Made by a program: the position numbers and the translations under genes. From Candidatus Omnitrophota bacterium (GTDB lineage Bacteria; Omnitrophota; Gorgyraeia; Gorgyraeales; Gorgyraeaceae), in contig JAUYDX010000078.1 of NCBI GenBank assembly GCA_030691625.1, forward strand, positions 1-63,525: a DNA stretch of 63,525 nt, written 5' to 3'. The notes under the pieces are model-generated. The model did no database searches. It saw only the letters and a program-made list of their open reading frames with translations, and was not told the DNA's origin. This document shows, one piece after another, positions 35,195-45,570 of this stretch; position 1 is the stretch's first letter; each line of letters opens with the position of its first letter.

Positions 35195-36194
35195 TTTCAG
35201 TTATTATCGCGGTTATCAATTCGGCTGGCGTAACATCAAACGCAGGATTATATACCTTTGCATTAACCGGCGCTGTCTGTTTTGAGCCCGTATAAATAAC
35301 CTCTTCCTTTTTTCTTTCCTCTATCGGGATATCTTTCCCTGATCTTATATTTTTATCTATGGTGGAGCTCGGGGCCGCTATATAAAAAGGGATGCCATGA
35401 TGTCTTGCCAGGACCGCGAGTCCGTAAGTCCCTATTTTATTCGCGGCGTCTCCGTTCCTGGCGATCCTGTCAGCGCCCACTATGATCTTTGTAACGCCTT
35501 TATTTTTTATGGCGCTCGCGGCCATACAATCGCATATAAGCGTGGCGTCTATCCCATTCTGCATAAGCTCCCACATAGTAAGTCTCGACCCTTGCATAAG
35601 AGGCCTGGTCTCGTCGCTAAAAACCTTGAATCTTTTGCCCTGCTTATTAGCTTCGTAGATTATGGAAAGCGCGGTGCCCTGGCCTGCTGTGGCTAAAATG
35701 CCCGCGTTACAGTGAGTAAGGATAATATCTCCATTTTTTATCAGCCTGGCCCCGTTTTTGCCGATACTGACGCACATTCTCTTATCTTCTTTCAAAATAC
35801 TAAGCGCCTCTTGTAAAATTATTTTTTTAACCCTGTACAACTTCGCAAGTTGCCCAGCTGGGCAACTTGCGAAGTTGTACAAAACATCCTCCATTCTTTT
35901 AAGCGCCCAGAATAGATTAACCGCAGTAGGCCTTGTAGCCCTTAATTTCTTAGAGGCCGCGCTTAGATCCTTTTTAAGGCCCGCAAATGTTTTTTCTTTT
36001 GAATTGACCGCGGCCAGGGCGTAACCCATGGCCACTGCCACACCTATTAAAGGAGCGCCGCGCACCTCAAGTTTTTTTATTGCCTCGCAAAGCCTGTCAA
36101 CATCACCGCACCTTGCATATTTAAGCCTTTCCGGCAATTTTGTCTGGTCAATAAAAATTATTTTGTTATTTTTCCATTTAATAGGCTCTATCAT
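35157..36194 (-). CDS. mtnA: S-methyl-5-thioribose-1-phosphate isomerase (eIF-2B-like family), carrying an in-frame palindromic-element insertion
   Basis: Start trimmed to MIEPIKWKNNKIIFIDQTKLP (36194, ATGA overlap with the upstream gene). Motifs RPTAVNLFWAL and IVGADRIARNGDAANKIGTYGLAVLA are present. The segment LYNFASCPAGQLAKLY is encoded by element P1. Confidence 0.85.
   Translation of the reverse strand: MIEPIKWKNNKIIFIDQTKLPERLKYARCGDVDRLCEAIKKLEVRGAPLIGVAVAMGYALAAVNSKEKTFAGLKKDLSAASKKLRATRPTAVNLFWALKRMEDVLYNFASCPAGQLAKLYRVKKIILQEALSILKEDKRMCVSIGKNGARLIKNGDIILTHCNAGILATAGQGTALSIIYEANKQGKRFKVFSDETRPLMQGSRLTMWELMQNGIDATLICDCMAASAIKNKGVTKIIVGADRIARNGDAANKIGTYGLAVLARHHGIPFYIAAPSSTIDKNIRSGKDIPIEERKKEEVIYTGSKQTAPVNAKVYNPAFDVTPAELITAIITENGVYEIKRFRRI
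35834..35881. repeat. palindromic element family P1 (variant GTACAAC... arms), inside the mtnA coding sequence
   Basis: 48-nt perfect palindrome TGTACAACTTCGCAAGTTGCCCAG/CTGGGCAACTTGCGAAGTTGTACA. Confidence 0.9.
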
Positions 36195-37294
36195 AGTCCG
36201 AACCCCTTCGCTAAAAAATTGCGTTTCAATTCCACTGCCTTGTAAGGGCACACCTCATGGCAGCACATGCACCTGATGCATTTTTTTAAATCCACCTTGG
36301 ATCTTTCAGAATTTATTGTTATAGCTGACACAGGACAGGTATCCCTGCATATCATGCACTTCCTGCAGAGCCTTTCATTTATGCTTGGCCCGAATTTTAC
36401 AAACCCTGCGGCAAATTTAGCCAGAGGCCCGAGAGTCCGTATAAGTCCCGGTCCCCCAGGTAACTGAAAATCATCTATAAGGTTTTCGCTTATGCCTTCT
36501 CCCGATACCTCTATATTATCTAAATCAGCCTCCCCGAGCTTTCTGATATACGCCTCTTTTGTGGTAAATACATCCAGGGGTTTTATGCCTATAAGCGCGG
36601 CAAAAACAGCGTCTATTGCCACGCTGTCCTGGCCTGCTATTAAAAGCTCAAAATCTCTCACCCTGCCTGCGCTTGGCCCTGCCTGATCCATACCAGTTAT
36701 CCCGTCCATCAAAACCAGGCTGGGTTTTCGTATCTCAAAAACATCCACCACAGCCCTTGCGAATTCCTCAGGGGATGGGAATCTTTTATGAAGTTCTGCC
36801 TTATAAAGCCCTGCGCACGCTCCAAACATATTTTTAACAGCGCCTGTAAGGCCCATCAGGCTGTGTGTTTTCATCTTCGGCAGGTTTATGATCTTATCGC
36901 ATTCAAAAAAATAACCTGCCACAGGGATTCCCTTGACTACCTTTATATCCTTTGCCTCTTTTAATTCTACGCCTTCTCCCTTTGCCAGAGATGTAAGGCC
37001 TGAACCTTCATACGCCTTGGCCGGGGTCATTGAACCGCCAGGGTTATCGCCTATAAATGGCAAAGCCCCGCATTCCTTTACTATCCTCGCGACCTGCCTT
37101 ATAACCTCCAGATGAGTACAAACCCCGTCTTCGGGCAGGCGGCCTGAAAGTATATTAGGTTTTATCAGAACCCTGTCGCCTTTTTTTATAAAGAGGTCTA
37201 CCCCGCCCAAAAGATCAAATGCCTTTTTTATTGCCTCTTTAACCCTGGCCCTGTCGTAATCCCTGCATTTTACAATCGCAACCCTTGTTCCCAT
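36191..37294 (-). CDS. DUF362-type protein with a C-terminal 2x[4Fe-4S] ferredoxin motif
   Basis: Start trimmed to MGTRVAIVKCRDYD (37294). Motifs RVLIKPNI and CRKCMICRDTCP...CIRCMCCHEVCP are present. Confidence 0.8.
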   Translation of the reverse strand: MGTRVAIVKCRDYDRARVKEAIKKAFDLLGGVDLFIKKGDRVLIKPNILSGRLPEDGVCTHLEVIRQVARIVKECGALPFIGDNPGGSMTPAKAYEGSGLTSLAKGEGVELKEAKDIKVVKGIPVAGYFFECDKIINLPKMKTHSLMGLTGAVKNMFGACAGLYKAELHKRFPSPEEFARAVVDVFEIRKPSLVLMDGITGMDQAGPSAGRVRDFELLIAGQDSVAIDAVFAALIGIKPLDVFTTKEAYIRKLGEADLDNIEVSGEGISENLIDDFQLPGGPGLIRTLGPLAKFAAGFVKFGPSINERLCRKCMICRDTCPVSAITINSERSKVDLKKCIRCMCCHEVCPYKAVELKRNFLAKGFGL

Positions 37295-37302
37295 GTCCTC
37301 AA

Positions 37303-37345
37303 AACAACTTGACACTTGTAACAATGTCACAAGTGTCAAGTTGTT
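37303..37345. repeat. palindromic element family P2
   Basis: AACAACTTGACACTTGTAACAATGTCACAAGTGTCAAGTTGTT, identical to the copy at 50853-50895. Confidence 0.9.
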
Positions 37346-38366
37346 AGCGTATAATCTCCTTTATGAAAAATATAAACCCCACGATAATTGAGTTATGCAA
37401 TATATGGACAGATGCTGAAGCTACAAGCGAACCTGTCACCTCGTAAATAAAGGCCATTAAGGCCCCAAGTATCATTATGGGCAGAAAACCAGCCAGGTTA
37501 GCATGCAGGCTGCTGAATAAAGCCCCGCTCAATAAAACCCCCGTAAAAACCCCGAAACGCTTCCTTATCGCGCTGTATAAAAACCCCCTAAAGAATAGCT
37601 CTTCCATAATAGGCCCGGCTACGGAAACAAAAATTGTAAAAAATAAAATCGCGCTGCCCCTCTTTTCCTCTAAGAGCACATCAAATACAGGTTGAGACGG
37701 CGCCTTATAACCTATGGCCTCCAGAAATAGTATGGAGATAATAAGGCTGGCTATTAAAAGAGGCAGTATAAAAATATAAGCTGTGATGCCGGATATAACA
37801 TTTTTATAAAAATTCGAAAACACTATGCCCAGGCTGGACAGATTTTCCCTGTATTTAAAAAGCGCGAGATAAATTATCGCGGCGCCCGCGATTATATCTA
37901 TTAACAATGTAGCGAGCATAAGTTTCAGATTCGTATCTATATTAAAATGCAGTGATTTTAATACAGCTCCTCCTGCCGCGCTCAACACATAACCTGAAAA
38001 CACCGTTATAATAACAACCCTGACTATGTCCGACATATCCCATGATACAGGCCTTTTCTGCGCATTCGCTCCTGACATTATCTCCTTTTTACCAAGAAAA
38101 AATAAAAGGTTCATGGCAATGCCCAGCATGAGCATGAAGAATCCTATAAAAAAGCCGTATTTGAAAAATAGCGCGCTGGGCCTTCCGGATTCGAAAAATG
38201 ACTTTACCTTTGCCTCTGTGATACCCATGTCCTTAAAGGTCATTGAAGAAATGGTTTTTTTATCGGGGGCATCTTTTTTATGCGGATGAGCCGGGCCAAG
38301 CAGATTGACGCCAAGTATAAAAATCACCATCCAGATATATATAAATTCGCGTCTGATAAAATTCAT
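37344..38366 (-). CDS. CPBP-family intramembrane metalloprotease (CAAX protease-like)
   Basis: 340 aa, multi-TM, with MEELFFRGFLY and FSSLHAN motifs. Confidence 0.8.
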   Translation of the reverse strand: MNFIRREFIYIWMVIFILGVNLLGPAHPHKKDAPDKKTISSMTFKDMGITEAKVKSFFESGRPSALFFKYGFFIGFFMLMLGIAMNLLFFLGKKEIMSGANAQKRPVSWDMSDIVRVVIITVFSGYVLSAAGGAVLKSLHFNIDTNLKLMLATLLIDIIAGAAIIYLALFKYRENLSSLGIVFSNFYKNVISGITAYIFILPLLIASLIISILFLEAIGYKAPSQPVFDVLLEEKRGSAILFFTIFVSVAGPIMEELFFRGFLYSAIRKRFGVFTGVLLSGALFSSLHANLAGFLPIMILGALMAFIYEVTGSLVASASVHILHNSIIVGFIFFIKEIIR

Positions 38367-39133
38367 TGCCCTAATTTAAACAATACCTTTGCGTTGTCTG
38401 TTGTAATTCTTGCGACTTCTTCGAAACTCAAACCCTTTATCCTGGCGATCTCTTCTGCCGCATATTTCACGCGCATAGGCTCGTTTCTCTTTCCCCTGAA
38501 TTCCTGCGGGGCAAGGAACGGCGCGTCTGTCTCAAGTAACAGCCTATCCATAGGGACTGATTTCGCGACCCCCCTAAGCCTTTCAGCGTTTTTATAAGTA
38601 ATATTGCATGTAAATGATATAAAAAGCCCCATATCCAGGCATTCCTTAAGAAACGCCTCGTCTCCTGAGAAGCAGTGCATTACTCCGGATGCGCGTTTTC
38701 CGATAACTTCTTTCAAAATATTCATCATGTCGCTATTGGCGTCGCGGTTATGTATTATTAAAGGCAGTCCCGCGCCTTTCGCGATCTCAAGAAGCCTTCT
38801 GAATAATTTCCTTTGATTCTCGCCAGACGAAATATTTTTATAATAATCCAGCCCTATCTCTCCCAGCGCCACAACCTTTGGCTTTTCAAGAAATCCCTGG
38901 AAAACCTTTATATCGTTTTCGCTGACGCGGTCAGCCTCGTGAGGGTGGATGCCTATGGCGGCGTAGATAGATTCATTATCCCCGGCAAGCTGGACAGAGC
39001 GGGCTGTCCCTTCCATGCTGGATCCGACGTTGATGATAAACCCCACGCCGTTATCCCTGGAGCGTTTTAAAACAATATCCCTGTCGCTATCAAAGTCTTT
39101 AAAGTCCAGATGGCAATGTGTATCTATCAGCAT
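38363..39133 (-). CDS. tatD: TatD-family metal-dependent hydrolase
   Basis: 256 aa with an IDTHCHLDF N-terminus. Confidence 0.9.
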   Translation of the reverse strand: MLIDTHCHLDFKDFDSDRDIVLKRSRDNGVGFIINVGSSMEGTARSVQLAGDNESIYAAIGIHPHEADRVSENDIKVFQGFLEKPKVVALGEIGLDYYKNISSGENQRKLFRRLLEIAKGAGLPLIIHNRDANSDMMNILKEVIGKRASGVMHCFSGDEAFLKECLDMGLFISFTCNITYKNAERLRGVAKSVPMDRLLLETDAPFLAPQEFRGKRNEPMRVKYAAEEIARIKGLSFEEVARITTDNAKVLFKLGQ

Positions 39134-40284
39134 AGAGGAGACATCTTCCTGAGCCGTTCTATTATAGGCGGGATTTCAGCCAGGCAATAATCCACATCCT
39201 CTTCTGTATTCTCGTAACCAAAAGAAAACCTCACAGACCCCTGAGCCATTTCAGGCGGCACAGCCATCGCTGTCAATACATGCGACGGATCCAGAGAACC
39301 TGATGTGCAGGCAGAGCCTGTTGAAGCGGATATACCTTTCATATCGAAATTCAATACCATTGACTCGCCCTCGATATATCTGAAACTGATATTCAGCGTG
39401 TTCGAAATCCTGTTTTCCGGATGGCCGTTAATATATATCTCTTTAAGCTGTTTATTGAGGCCGTCCCACATCTTTTTTGTAAGCCTCTTCATACAGGCAT
39501 CATTCTTTTGCATGTCCCTTTGGGCTATCTCAATAGCCTTTGCAAAACCCACGATCCCCGGGACATTCTCAGTGCCTGCCCTTTTGTTTCTTTCGTGGTG
39601 GCCGCCGTGCTGAAAAGGCGTTATCTTAACGCCCTTTCTAAGATACAGGGCGCCTATGCCTTTCGGGCCGTAGACTTTATGGCCTGAAAAAGAACACGCG
39701 TCAATCCCCAACTCTTCCACATCTATGGGCATCTTCCCCAGGGCCTGCACAGCGTCTGTATGAAAATATATCTTATTCTCGCGCGCTATTTTAGCGATTT
39801 CCTTTACAGGCTGCAGCGTCCCAGTCTCGTTATTGGCGAACATTATGGATATGAGAACCGTATCCTTTCTTATGGAATCCTTTAATTTATTTAAGTCTAT
39901 TACGCCGTATTTATCCACAGGCAGATATGTAGCATCAAAACCCAATTCTTTCTCTATGAACCTGCACGGCCCTAAAACAGCTAAATGCTCCACGCTGGAT
40001 GTTATCACGTGCCTGCCTTTACTGAGGTTCGCCATTGCAATGCCTTTTATAGCGAAATTATCACTCTCTGTGCCGCCAGAGGTGAATATGATATCAGCGG
40101 CCTCTGTGCCAAGCGCGTTTCCCACAACCTCTCTTGCTTCTTCCACTGCATGCCGCGCCTTCTGGCCCATGGAATATACGCTCGAGGCATTGCCGTATTC
40201 TTCTGAAAAATAAGGCGTCATGGCGTCCAGGACCTCTTTTCTGACAGGCGTTGTAGCGTTATGGTCAAGATATATCTGTTTCAT
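39127..40284 (-). CDS. cysteine desulfurase (NifS/IscS class)
   Basis: 385 aa with the SGHKVYGPKG PLP-lysine and GSACTSG catalytic-Cys loop. Confidence 0.9.
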   Translation of the reverse strand: MKQIYLDHNATTPVRKEVLDAMTPYFSEEYGNASSVYSMGQKARHAVEEAREVVGNALGTEAADIIFTSGGTESDNFAIKGIAMANLSKGRHVITSSVEHLAVLGPCRFIEKELGFDATYLPVDKYGVIDLNKLKDSIRKDTVLISIMFANNETGTLQPVKEIAKIARENKIYFHTDAVQALGKMPIDVEELGIDACSFSGHKVYGPKGIGALYLRKGVKITPFQHGGHHERNKRAGTENVPGIVGFAKAIEIAQRDMQKNDACMKRLTKKMWDGLNKQLKEIYINGHPENRISNTLNISFRYIEGESMVLNFDMKGISASTGSACTSGSLDPSHVLTAMAVPPEMAQGSVRFSFGYENTEEDVDYCLAEIPPIIERLRKMSPLC

Positions 40285-40300
40285 ATCCTTACTCCTTCTT

Positions 40301-41839
40301 TTACTTTATTTCGATTCTGGGGAATAACGGGGCAAGCTTGTTTATCCTTATGCCGGGTTTCAGCAATCCCCATTTAAGCTCGCTGAAATCCCTTTTTTCA
40401 ACCGGCTTAAGCCCTAACTGGATAGCTATATTATTAGAGGTATCCGGCATAAACGGGGTCAATGCCAGAGACACCATCCTCAATATCTCGCACAGGTCAT
40501 ACATCATGTCCTTTAATTCTTCTAACTTTTTTTCCTTTGACAGTTTCCACGGCGCCTTCTGTTCGATAAACTTATTCGCGACGCTTATGACAGTCCATAT
40601 GCTGTCGAGGGAATAGCTGAAATCTATATTGTCCAAGCCTTTTTTGATTTCAGAACTTAAGGTCCCCGCCTTATCAATAAGCGCCTTTGTGATCTCATCT
40701 GAATATTTTAAATCCCTTCTTTCCGGAACAATGCCTGAAAAATATTTCTCCACCATAGAAAGGGCCCTGTGCAAAAGATTTCCCAGGTCATTCGCGAGGT
40801 CGCTATTGATCCTGGTCACAAGCGCCTCTTCTGAAAATGACCCATCCGCGCCGAACTGAACCTCTCTTAAAAGAAAATACCTATAGGCATCCACCCCATA
40901 CTTATCCACCATCTCAATGGGGTTCACGACATTGCCTTTGGACTTGGACATCTTGTCCCCGCCAATCTTCCACCATCCATGCGCAAAGATCGTTTGCGGC
41001 ATCTCTAACCCTGCGGCGTGAAGCATGATAGGCCAGTTAACCGCGTGCATCCTCAGTATATCCTTGCCTATAACATGCGCGTCAGCAGGCCAGTATTTTT
41101 TGAACTTTTCAGCATCGCTCGCGTACCCGCACACGCTTATATAATTCAACAGCGCGTCAAACCACACGTAGGTAACATGGTCGCTGCTAAAGGGTATTTC
41201 TATTCCCCATGAAAGCCGGGATTTAGGCCTGGACACGCACAGGTCATTCAAGGGATTTTTCAAAAAACCCAGGATCTCGTTACGCCGCATCGCAGGCAAT
41301 ATAAAATTTTCGTGGGAATTTATGTAATCTATAAGCCAGGCCTGGTATTTGGAAAGCCTGAAAAAGAAATTTTTTTCCTTTATGCGCTCTACCTTCCTCT
41401 GGCAGTCAGGGCAATTGCCCTCCACGAGCTGAGACTCTATCCAGAAACTCTCGCAGGGCGTGCAATACCATCCGCTGTATTCGCCCTCGTACAGGTCACC
41501 GTTCTTATGAAGCATTTCCAGTATTTCTTTCACCACCTTTTCGTGCCGCGGCTCTGTGGTGCGTATAAAATCAGTGTAATCTATTTTGAGCTTCTTCCAC
41601 AGGCCCAGGAATACAGGCACTATCTCGTCGACAAACTGTTTAGGTTCCATGCCTTTTAGCTCTGCCGCGTCTTTTATTTTCTGGCCATGCTCGTCCGTGC
41701 CTGTGGTAAATAACACCTCGTATCCCATGAGTCTCTTGTATCTGGCCAGGGTATCGCAGGCAATATTCGTATAGGAATGCCCTATGTGCGGGGCGCTATT
41801 CACGTAATATAACGGGGTAGTAATATAAAATTTGGGCAT
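40301..41839 (-). CDS. metG: methionine--tRNA ligase
   Basis: 512 aa with PHIGHSY (HIGH), KMSKSKGN (KMSKS) and a CxxC...CPDC zinc knuckle. Confidence 0.94.
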   Translation of the reverse strand: MPKFYITTPLYYVNSAPHIGHSYTNIACDTLARYKRLMGYEVLFTTGTDEHGQKIKDAAELKGMEPKQFVDEIVPVFLGLWKKLKIDYTDFIRTTEPRHEKVVKEILEMLHKNGDLYEGEYSGWYCTPCESFWIESQLVEGNCPDCQRKVERIKEKNFFFRLSKYQAWLIDYINSHENFILPAMRRNEILGFLKNPLNDLCVSRPKSRLSWGIEIPFSSDHVTYVWFDALLNYISVCGYASDAEKFKKYWPADAHVIGKDILRMHAVNWPIMLHAAGLEMPQTIFAHGWWKIGGDKMSKSKGNVVNPIEMVDKYGVDAYRYFLLREVQFGADGSFSEEALVTRINSDLANDLGNLLHRALSMVEKYFSGIVPERRDLKYSDEITKALIDKAGTLSSEIKKGLDNIDFSYSLDSIWTVISVANKFIEQKAPWKLSKEKKLEELKDMMYDLCEILRMVSLALTPFMPDTSNNIAIQLGLKPVEKRDFSELKWGLLKPGIRINKLAPLFPRIEIK

Positions 41840-41841
41840 AA

Positions 41842-42630
41842 TTATTTATTACTATAATCCAATTCTATCTGTTTTCCCTCTTCCAGTTCCACAAGCACCT
41901 TGCGCTTGAGCGCGTTAACGCTTATGACCTTGGCCTTTCCTTCAGGGATCGTTATCTTCTCGCCTTCCCTTGGCAGGCCTTTGAGATATTTCTTGTAATT
42001 CTCGTATTCATAAGAAAGGCAGCACATGAGCCTGCCGCAAACCCCTGAGATCTTCGTGGGATTCAGAGAAAGGTTTTGCTCCTTTGCCATCCTTATGGTA
42101 ACAGCGTCGAAACCCTTTAAGAAACTGGCGCAGCATAAAGCCCTGCCGCAATGACCGAACCCGCCCAGCATCCTGGCCTCATCCCTCACGCCTATCTGTT
42201 TCAGCTCTATGCGTACCTTGAAGATATGCGCCAGGTCCTTGACCAGCTCCCTGAAATCCACCCTGTCCTCTGAGGTAAAATAAAAAATAAGCTTTGTGCC
42301 GTCAAACGAATATTCCGCGTCAATGAGTTTCATCTCGAGCTTTCGCTCCTGGATCTTTTTCACGCATATCTGAAACGCCTCTTTAGTGCGCTTCTTGTTT
42401 TCATTTATCTGCTTTATGTCATCCTGAGTAGCCACCCTTATAATCTTCTTTAAGGGTTTCTTAAGTTCCTCCTCAGATACCTTCTCCGGTATGCCTATGA
42501 CCTGTGCATAATCCTGGCCCCGCTCAGCGTCTATTATTACATAATCTCCCGCCTTTGCCACAAGGCCGTTCGCGTCATATATCGCTATATTGCCTGATTC
42601 TCTTATCCTCAGCTCTATTATCCCTTGCAT
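41842..42630 (-). CDS. PSP1-domain protein (YaaT/RicT-like)
   Basis: 262 aa with Cys-rich motifs GHCGRALCCASFL and CGRLMCCLSYE. Confidence 0.82.
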   Translation of the reverse strand: MQGIIELRIRESGNIAIYDANGLVAKAGDYVIIDAERGQDYAQVIGIPEKVSEEELKKPLKKIIRVATQDDIKQINENKKRTKEAFQICVKKIQERKLEMKLIDAEYSFDGTKLIFYFTSEDRVDFRELVKDLAHIFKVRIELKQIGVRDEARMLGGFGHCGRALCCASFLKGFDAVTIRMAKEQNLSLNPTKISGVCGRLMCCLSYEYENYKKYLKGLPREGEKITIPEGKAKVISVNALKRKVLVELEEGKQIELDYSNK

Positions 42631-42633
42631 ATA

Positions 42634-43602
42634 TTACCTTTCTAATTCAAGCGCCATGTTGAAAAGCGCCATCTTTGGATTTACGTTCCTATTTATATAA
42701 TTTATCGTCTTCATAATGCTGGAGATATCCCTTTCGAGTTTGTCCGCTGAAAACCTGGACGCGTAAGACAGTATCTCCTGCGACCTGTCCGCGTTCAGGA
42801 AAATACCAGCGTCCTCTGTGAATTTAGATACCAGTAGATCCCTGTACCAGGATAAAAGCATCTTCAAGGATTCCTCTATGTCAGGATATTTCTTATCGTC
42901 GCATACCTCTTCCCTGAATATAGCCCTTTTCCTCAGGAAAAAATCGTTCAGCATCCTGTCGCGCTCCTTTAACTCGTCTTTTTCCTTAAAGGCGATTGCC
43001 CTGCCAGGGCTCCCGAGCGACATGCGGGAGAATAGATCAGCCTCGTCTTCTGTGAAACCATGCCTATCAATAAGTATCTCCTTTATCCTATCCTGGCCAA
43101 GAAGATTCAGCTTCACCAGCTTGCACCTGGATAAAACCGTGGATAGAAGCCCTGATATGCGCGAAGTGGTCAGTATGAACACCTGATTATCCCTGGGTTC
43201 TTCCAGGATCTTTAGGAGCGCGTTCTGCGACTCCTCATTCATGTCCTCTGCCTCGGTTATTATGAAAATCTTTTTTCTGGCTTCATACGGCTTGAGGCTC
43301 GCCTGATAAATTATATCCCTGATCTTATCTATTTTTATGAAACTCGAATCCTCGTCCTTCGCAATGATAGACACATCAGGGTGGTTCATGGAATTAACCT
43401 TCCTGCAGGAGACACACTCCTCGCACGAGTCCAGTCCCTGTTTTTCGCAATTAAGGGCCTTTGCGTATTCCAGGGCCAGTATCTTTTTACCCACGCCTTT
43501 AGGCCCTGTAAATATATAAGAGCCCAGGACCTCATTTCTTGTTATCATAGCCTGAAGTAACGCCACTGCCCTGTCTTGTCCTATTATATTCGCGAATGAC
43601 AT
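42634..43602 (-). CDS. holB: DNA polymerase III delta-prime subunit
   Basis: 322 aa with GPKGVGKK, a Cys zinc module and the SRC motif (VLSRCKLV). Confidence 0.85.
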   Translation of the reverse strand: MSFANIIGQDRAVALLQAMITRNEVLGSYIFTGPKGVGKKILALEYAKALNCEKQGLDSCEECVSCRKVNSMNHPDVSIIAKDEDSSFIKIDKIRDIIYQASLKPYEARKKIFIITEAEDMNEESQNALLKILEEPRDNQVFILTTSRISGLLSTVLSRCKLVKLNLLGQDRIKEILIDRHGFTEDEADLFSRMSLGSPGRAIAFKEKDELKERDRMLNDFFLRKRAIFREEVCDDKKYPDIEESLKMLLSWYRDLLVSKFTEDAGIFLNADRSQEILSYASRFSADKLERDISSIMKTINYINRNVNPKMALFNMALELER

Positions 43603-44213
43603 ATTTTTAAAACAGCCTTTCTGATTCTTTCCTGCGTCTCTTCTATCTTGCCTGTAGCGGATATGACTTTTACCCTGCCTGGTTCTTTTCCCGCGATATC
43701 AAGGTATCCATTTCTAACCTTATTATGATAAAGGATTGATTTCCTCTCCATCCTGTCCTTTGATTTACCTGCCCTTAAAAGCCCTGCCTTAGCGTCTATA
43801 TCCAGTAAAAATGTGATGTCAGGCTTCAGGCCTTTTGTGACAATACTGGCAATGCTGTTTATAACCTCTAATTTCATACCCCCTGCGTATCCCTGGTAAG
43901 CGAGGGTGGCGTCTGTAAAACGGTCGCATACTACGATCTTTCCTTTTTTAAGCGAGGGCAGGATCTTTTCCTTTACTATCTGGGCCCTGGCAGCCATATA
44001 CAGGAGCATTTCGCACGCCACATCCATTTCTTTATTTTTCGGATCCAAGAGGATCTTGCGTATCTTTTCGCTGATGAGCGTGCCGCCTGGTTCGCGGGTA
44101 TGAAGCACCTTGTAACCCTCTTTTTTTAAAAAATCACAGAGCAACCTGGAATGCGTGGTCTTCCCGCTTCCTTCAGGCCCTTCAAATGTTATGAATAATC
44201 CGCGTCTTAACAT
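43584..44213 (-). CDS. tmk: dTMP kinase
   Basis: 209 aa with the FEGPEGSGKTT P-loop. Confidence 0.92.
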   Translation of the reverse strand: MLRRGLFITFEGPEGSGKTTHSRLLCDFLKKEGYKVLHTREPGGTLISEKIRKILLDPKNKEMDVACEMLLYMAARAQIVKEKILPSLKKGKIVVCDRFTDATLAYQGYAGGMKLEVINSIASIVTKGLKPDITFLLDIDAKAGLLRAGKSKDRMERKSILYHNKVRNGYLDIAGKEPGRVKVISATGKIEETQERIRKAVLKICHSRI

Positions 44214-44220
44214 AGATATC

Positions 44221-45570
44221 TTATTCTCCTAAAATCATTTTTTCGACTTTTTGCTTTGCTTCTTCCAGTAATTCTTTTGCCTTTTTTCTGGCCTCGTGAG
44301 ATTTAGAGACTAAATCAGCGATTTTTTGCTGGGTAGATTTAGGTAAAATAGGGATTTGCAATTTCTTAATCTGTTCAGGCTTCCAATGAGAAATAATAGA
44401 ACCTCCTGCATCGCGTTCAATTTGCATTTGACATATAATAGAATTAATGCAAAGCGCTATATATTCTGCGTCTATATCTTCTTTTATTTTTAGCCGCATT
44501 ATACCGCTTGCGATAATACCTTCTATAGATTCTTTTAATACATAAGCGACGCCAGGCGTTGCATCTTTAGTAAGCAAAATCTCGCCTTTTTTAGGTTCAA
44601 AGTTATTTTTCAATTTACTGTATAATTCATCGCTGATATATTTTTGATCTTTATCTATTAAGCCATTTTTAGAAATACTGCTGACTCTTAAGAAAAGCTT
44701 GCCATTATCCTGATATTCATCGCTTCCTGGCTCAAAACCCTTTTTCATTGATACTAACTCGCCTAATGATTTTAAGTCATATTTTTTAATCTTTTCTATT
44801 ATCCTTTCATATTTTGGCTGGAAATATTCAGCATCAATACGATGGACAGATTTTATATCAGAAAGATTGACTATGCAGGACAAATCTTCTTCTGCTTTAA
44901 AATCTTTGAGTCTTAATTCTTGCAAAAGCAAATCTTCGGCTTGAGAGTATAAATCATAAGCGTTTGAGAAAAACATATATGCATCTTTGTTATATCTTCC
45001 TATTATGTCTTGAAATTTCGAATTCGGTAAAAATATTTTTAATTGCTCAAGTTTATCTATACCAAATTTTGGCTGAGCTGTTCCTACCGTTAATCTCCTT
45101 ATCTGATCTTGCCCATATTTAGAAGCAAGATATACTGCCAGATAATAAGGCGAAACATTTTTAGTAATAATTTTTGCACAATTCTCGGTTAAATTACAAG
45201 GCGTTACATCGCTAAGCATAAATCCTATAAGACCGATTGTATTTCCAACTATTACAACAGCGATTTCCTCTTTTTTTATCTGATATCTATTCAGCCTTTC
45301 ATGTAAATCTAAAGCGATTTTCTCAGCATTAGTCAAATCTACATAAAAATCTTGCATGTCTACCACTCTAATATAAGGAACTCCTTCCTTTGAAAATGTT
45401 TCACCAAGAGGCAATCTCTTGCCACCTCTAATTTCAGCAATATCTGACAATCTTTCAGAACGATCTAAAAGTAATTTATCAACTGTTAAATATTCTGGTT
45501 GATAATACTCCGCATCCAATCGATACGCGCCTTCAAGCTGGGATTTTTGGATAATGGAATAGTTAATCAT
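44221..45570 (-). CDS. hsdS: type I restriction-modification specificity subunit (two target-recognition domains)
   Basis: 449 aa with an internal duplication signature (RLDAEYYQPEY at the N-terminus and RIDAEYFQPKY mid-protein) and coiled conserved regions after each half. Confidence 0.85.
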   Translation of the reverse strand: MINYSIIQKSQLEGAYRLDAEYYQPEYLTVDKLLLDRSERLSDIAEIRGGKRLPLGETFSKEGVPYIRVVDMQDFYVDLTNAEKIALDLHERLNRYQIKKEEIAVVIVGNTIGLIGFMLSDVTPCNLTENCAKIITKNVSPYYLAVYLASKYGQDQIRRLTVGTAQPKFGIDKLEQLKIFLPNSKFQDIIGRYNKDAYMFFSNAYDLYSQAEDLLLQELRLKDFKAEEDLSCIVNLSDIKSVHRIDAEYFQPKYERIIEKIKKYDLKSLGELVSMKKGFEPGSDEYQDNGKLFLRVSSISKNGLIDKDQKYISDELYSKLKNNFEPKKGEILLTKDATPGVAYVLKESIEGIIASGIMRLKIKEDIDAEYIALCINSIICQMQIERDAGGSIISHWKPEQIKKLQIPILPKSTQQKIADLVSKSHEARKKAKELLEEAKQKVEKMILGE

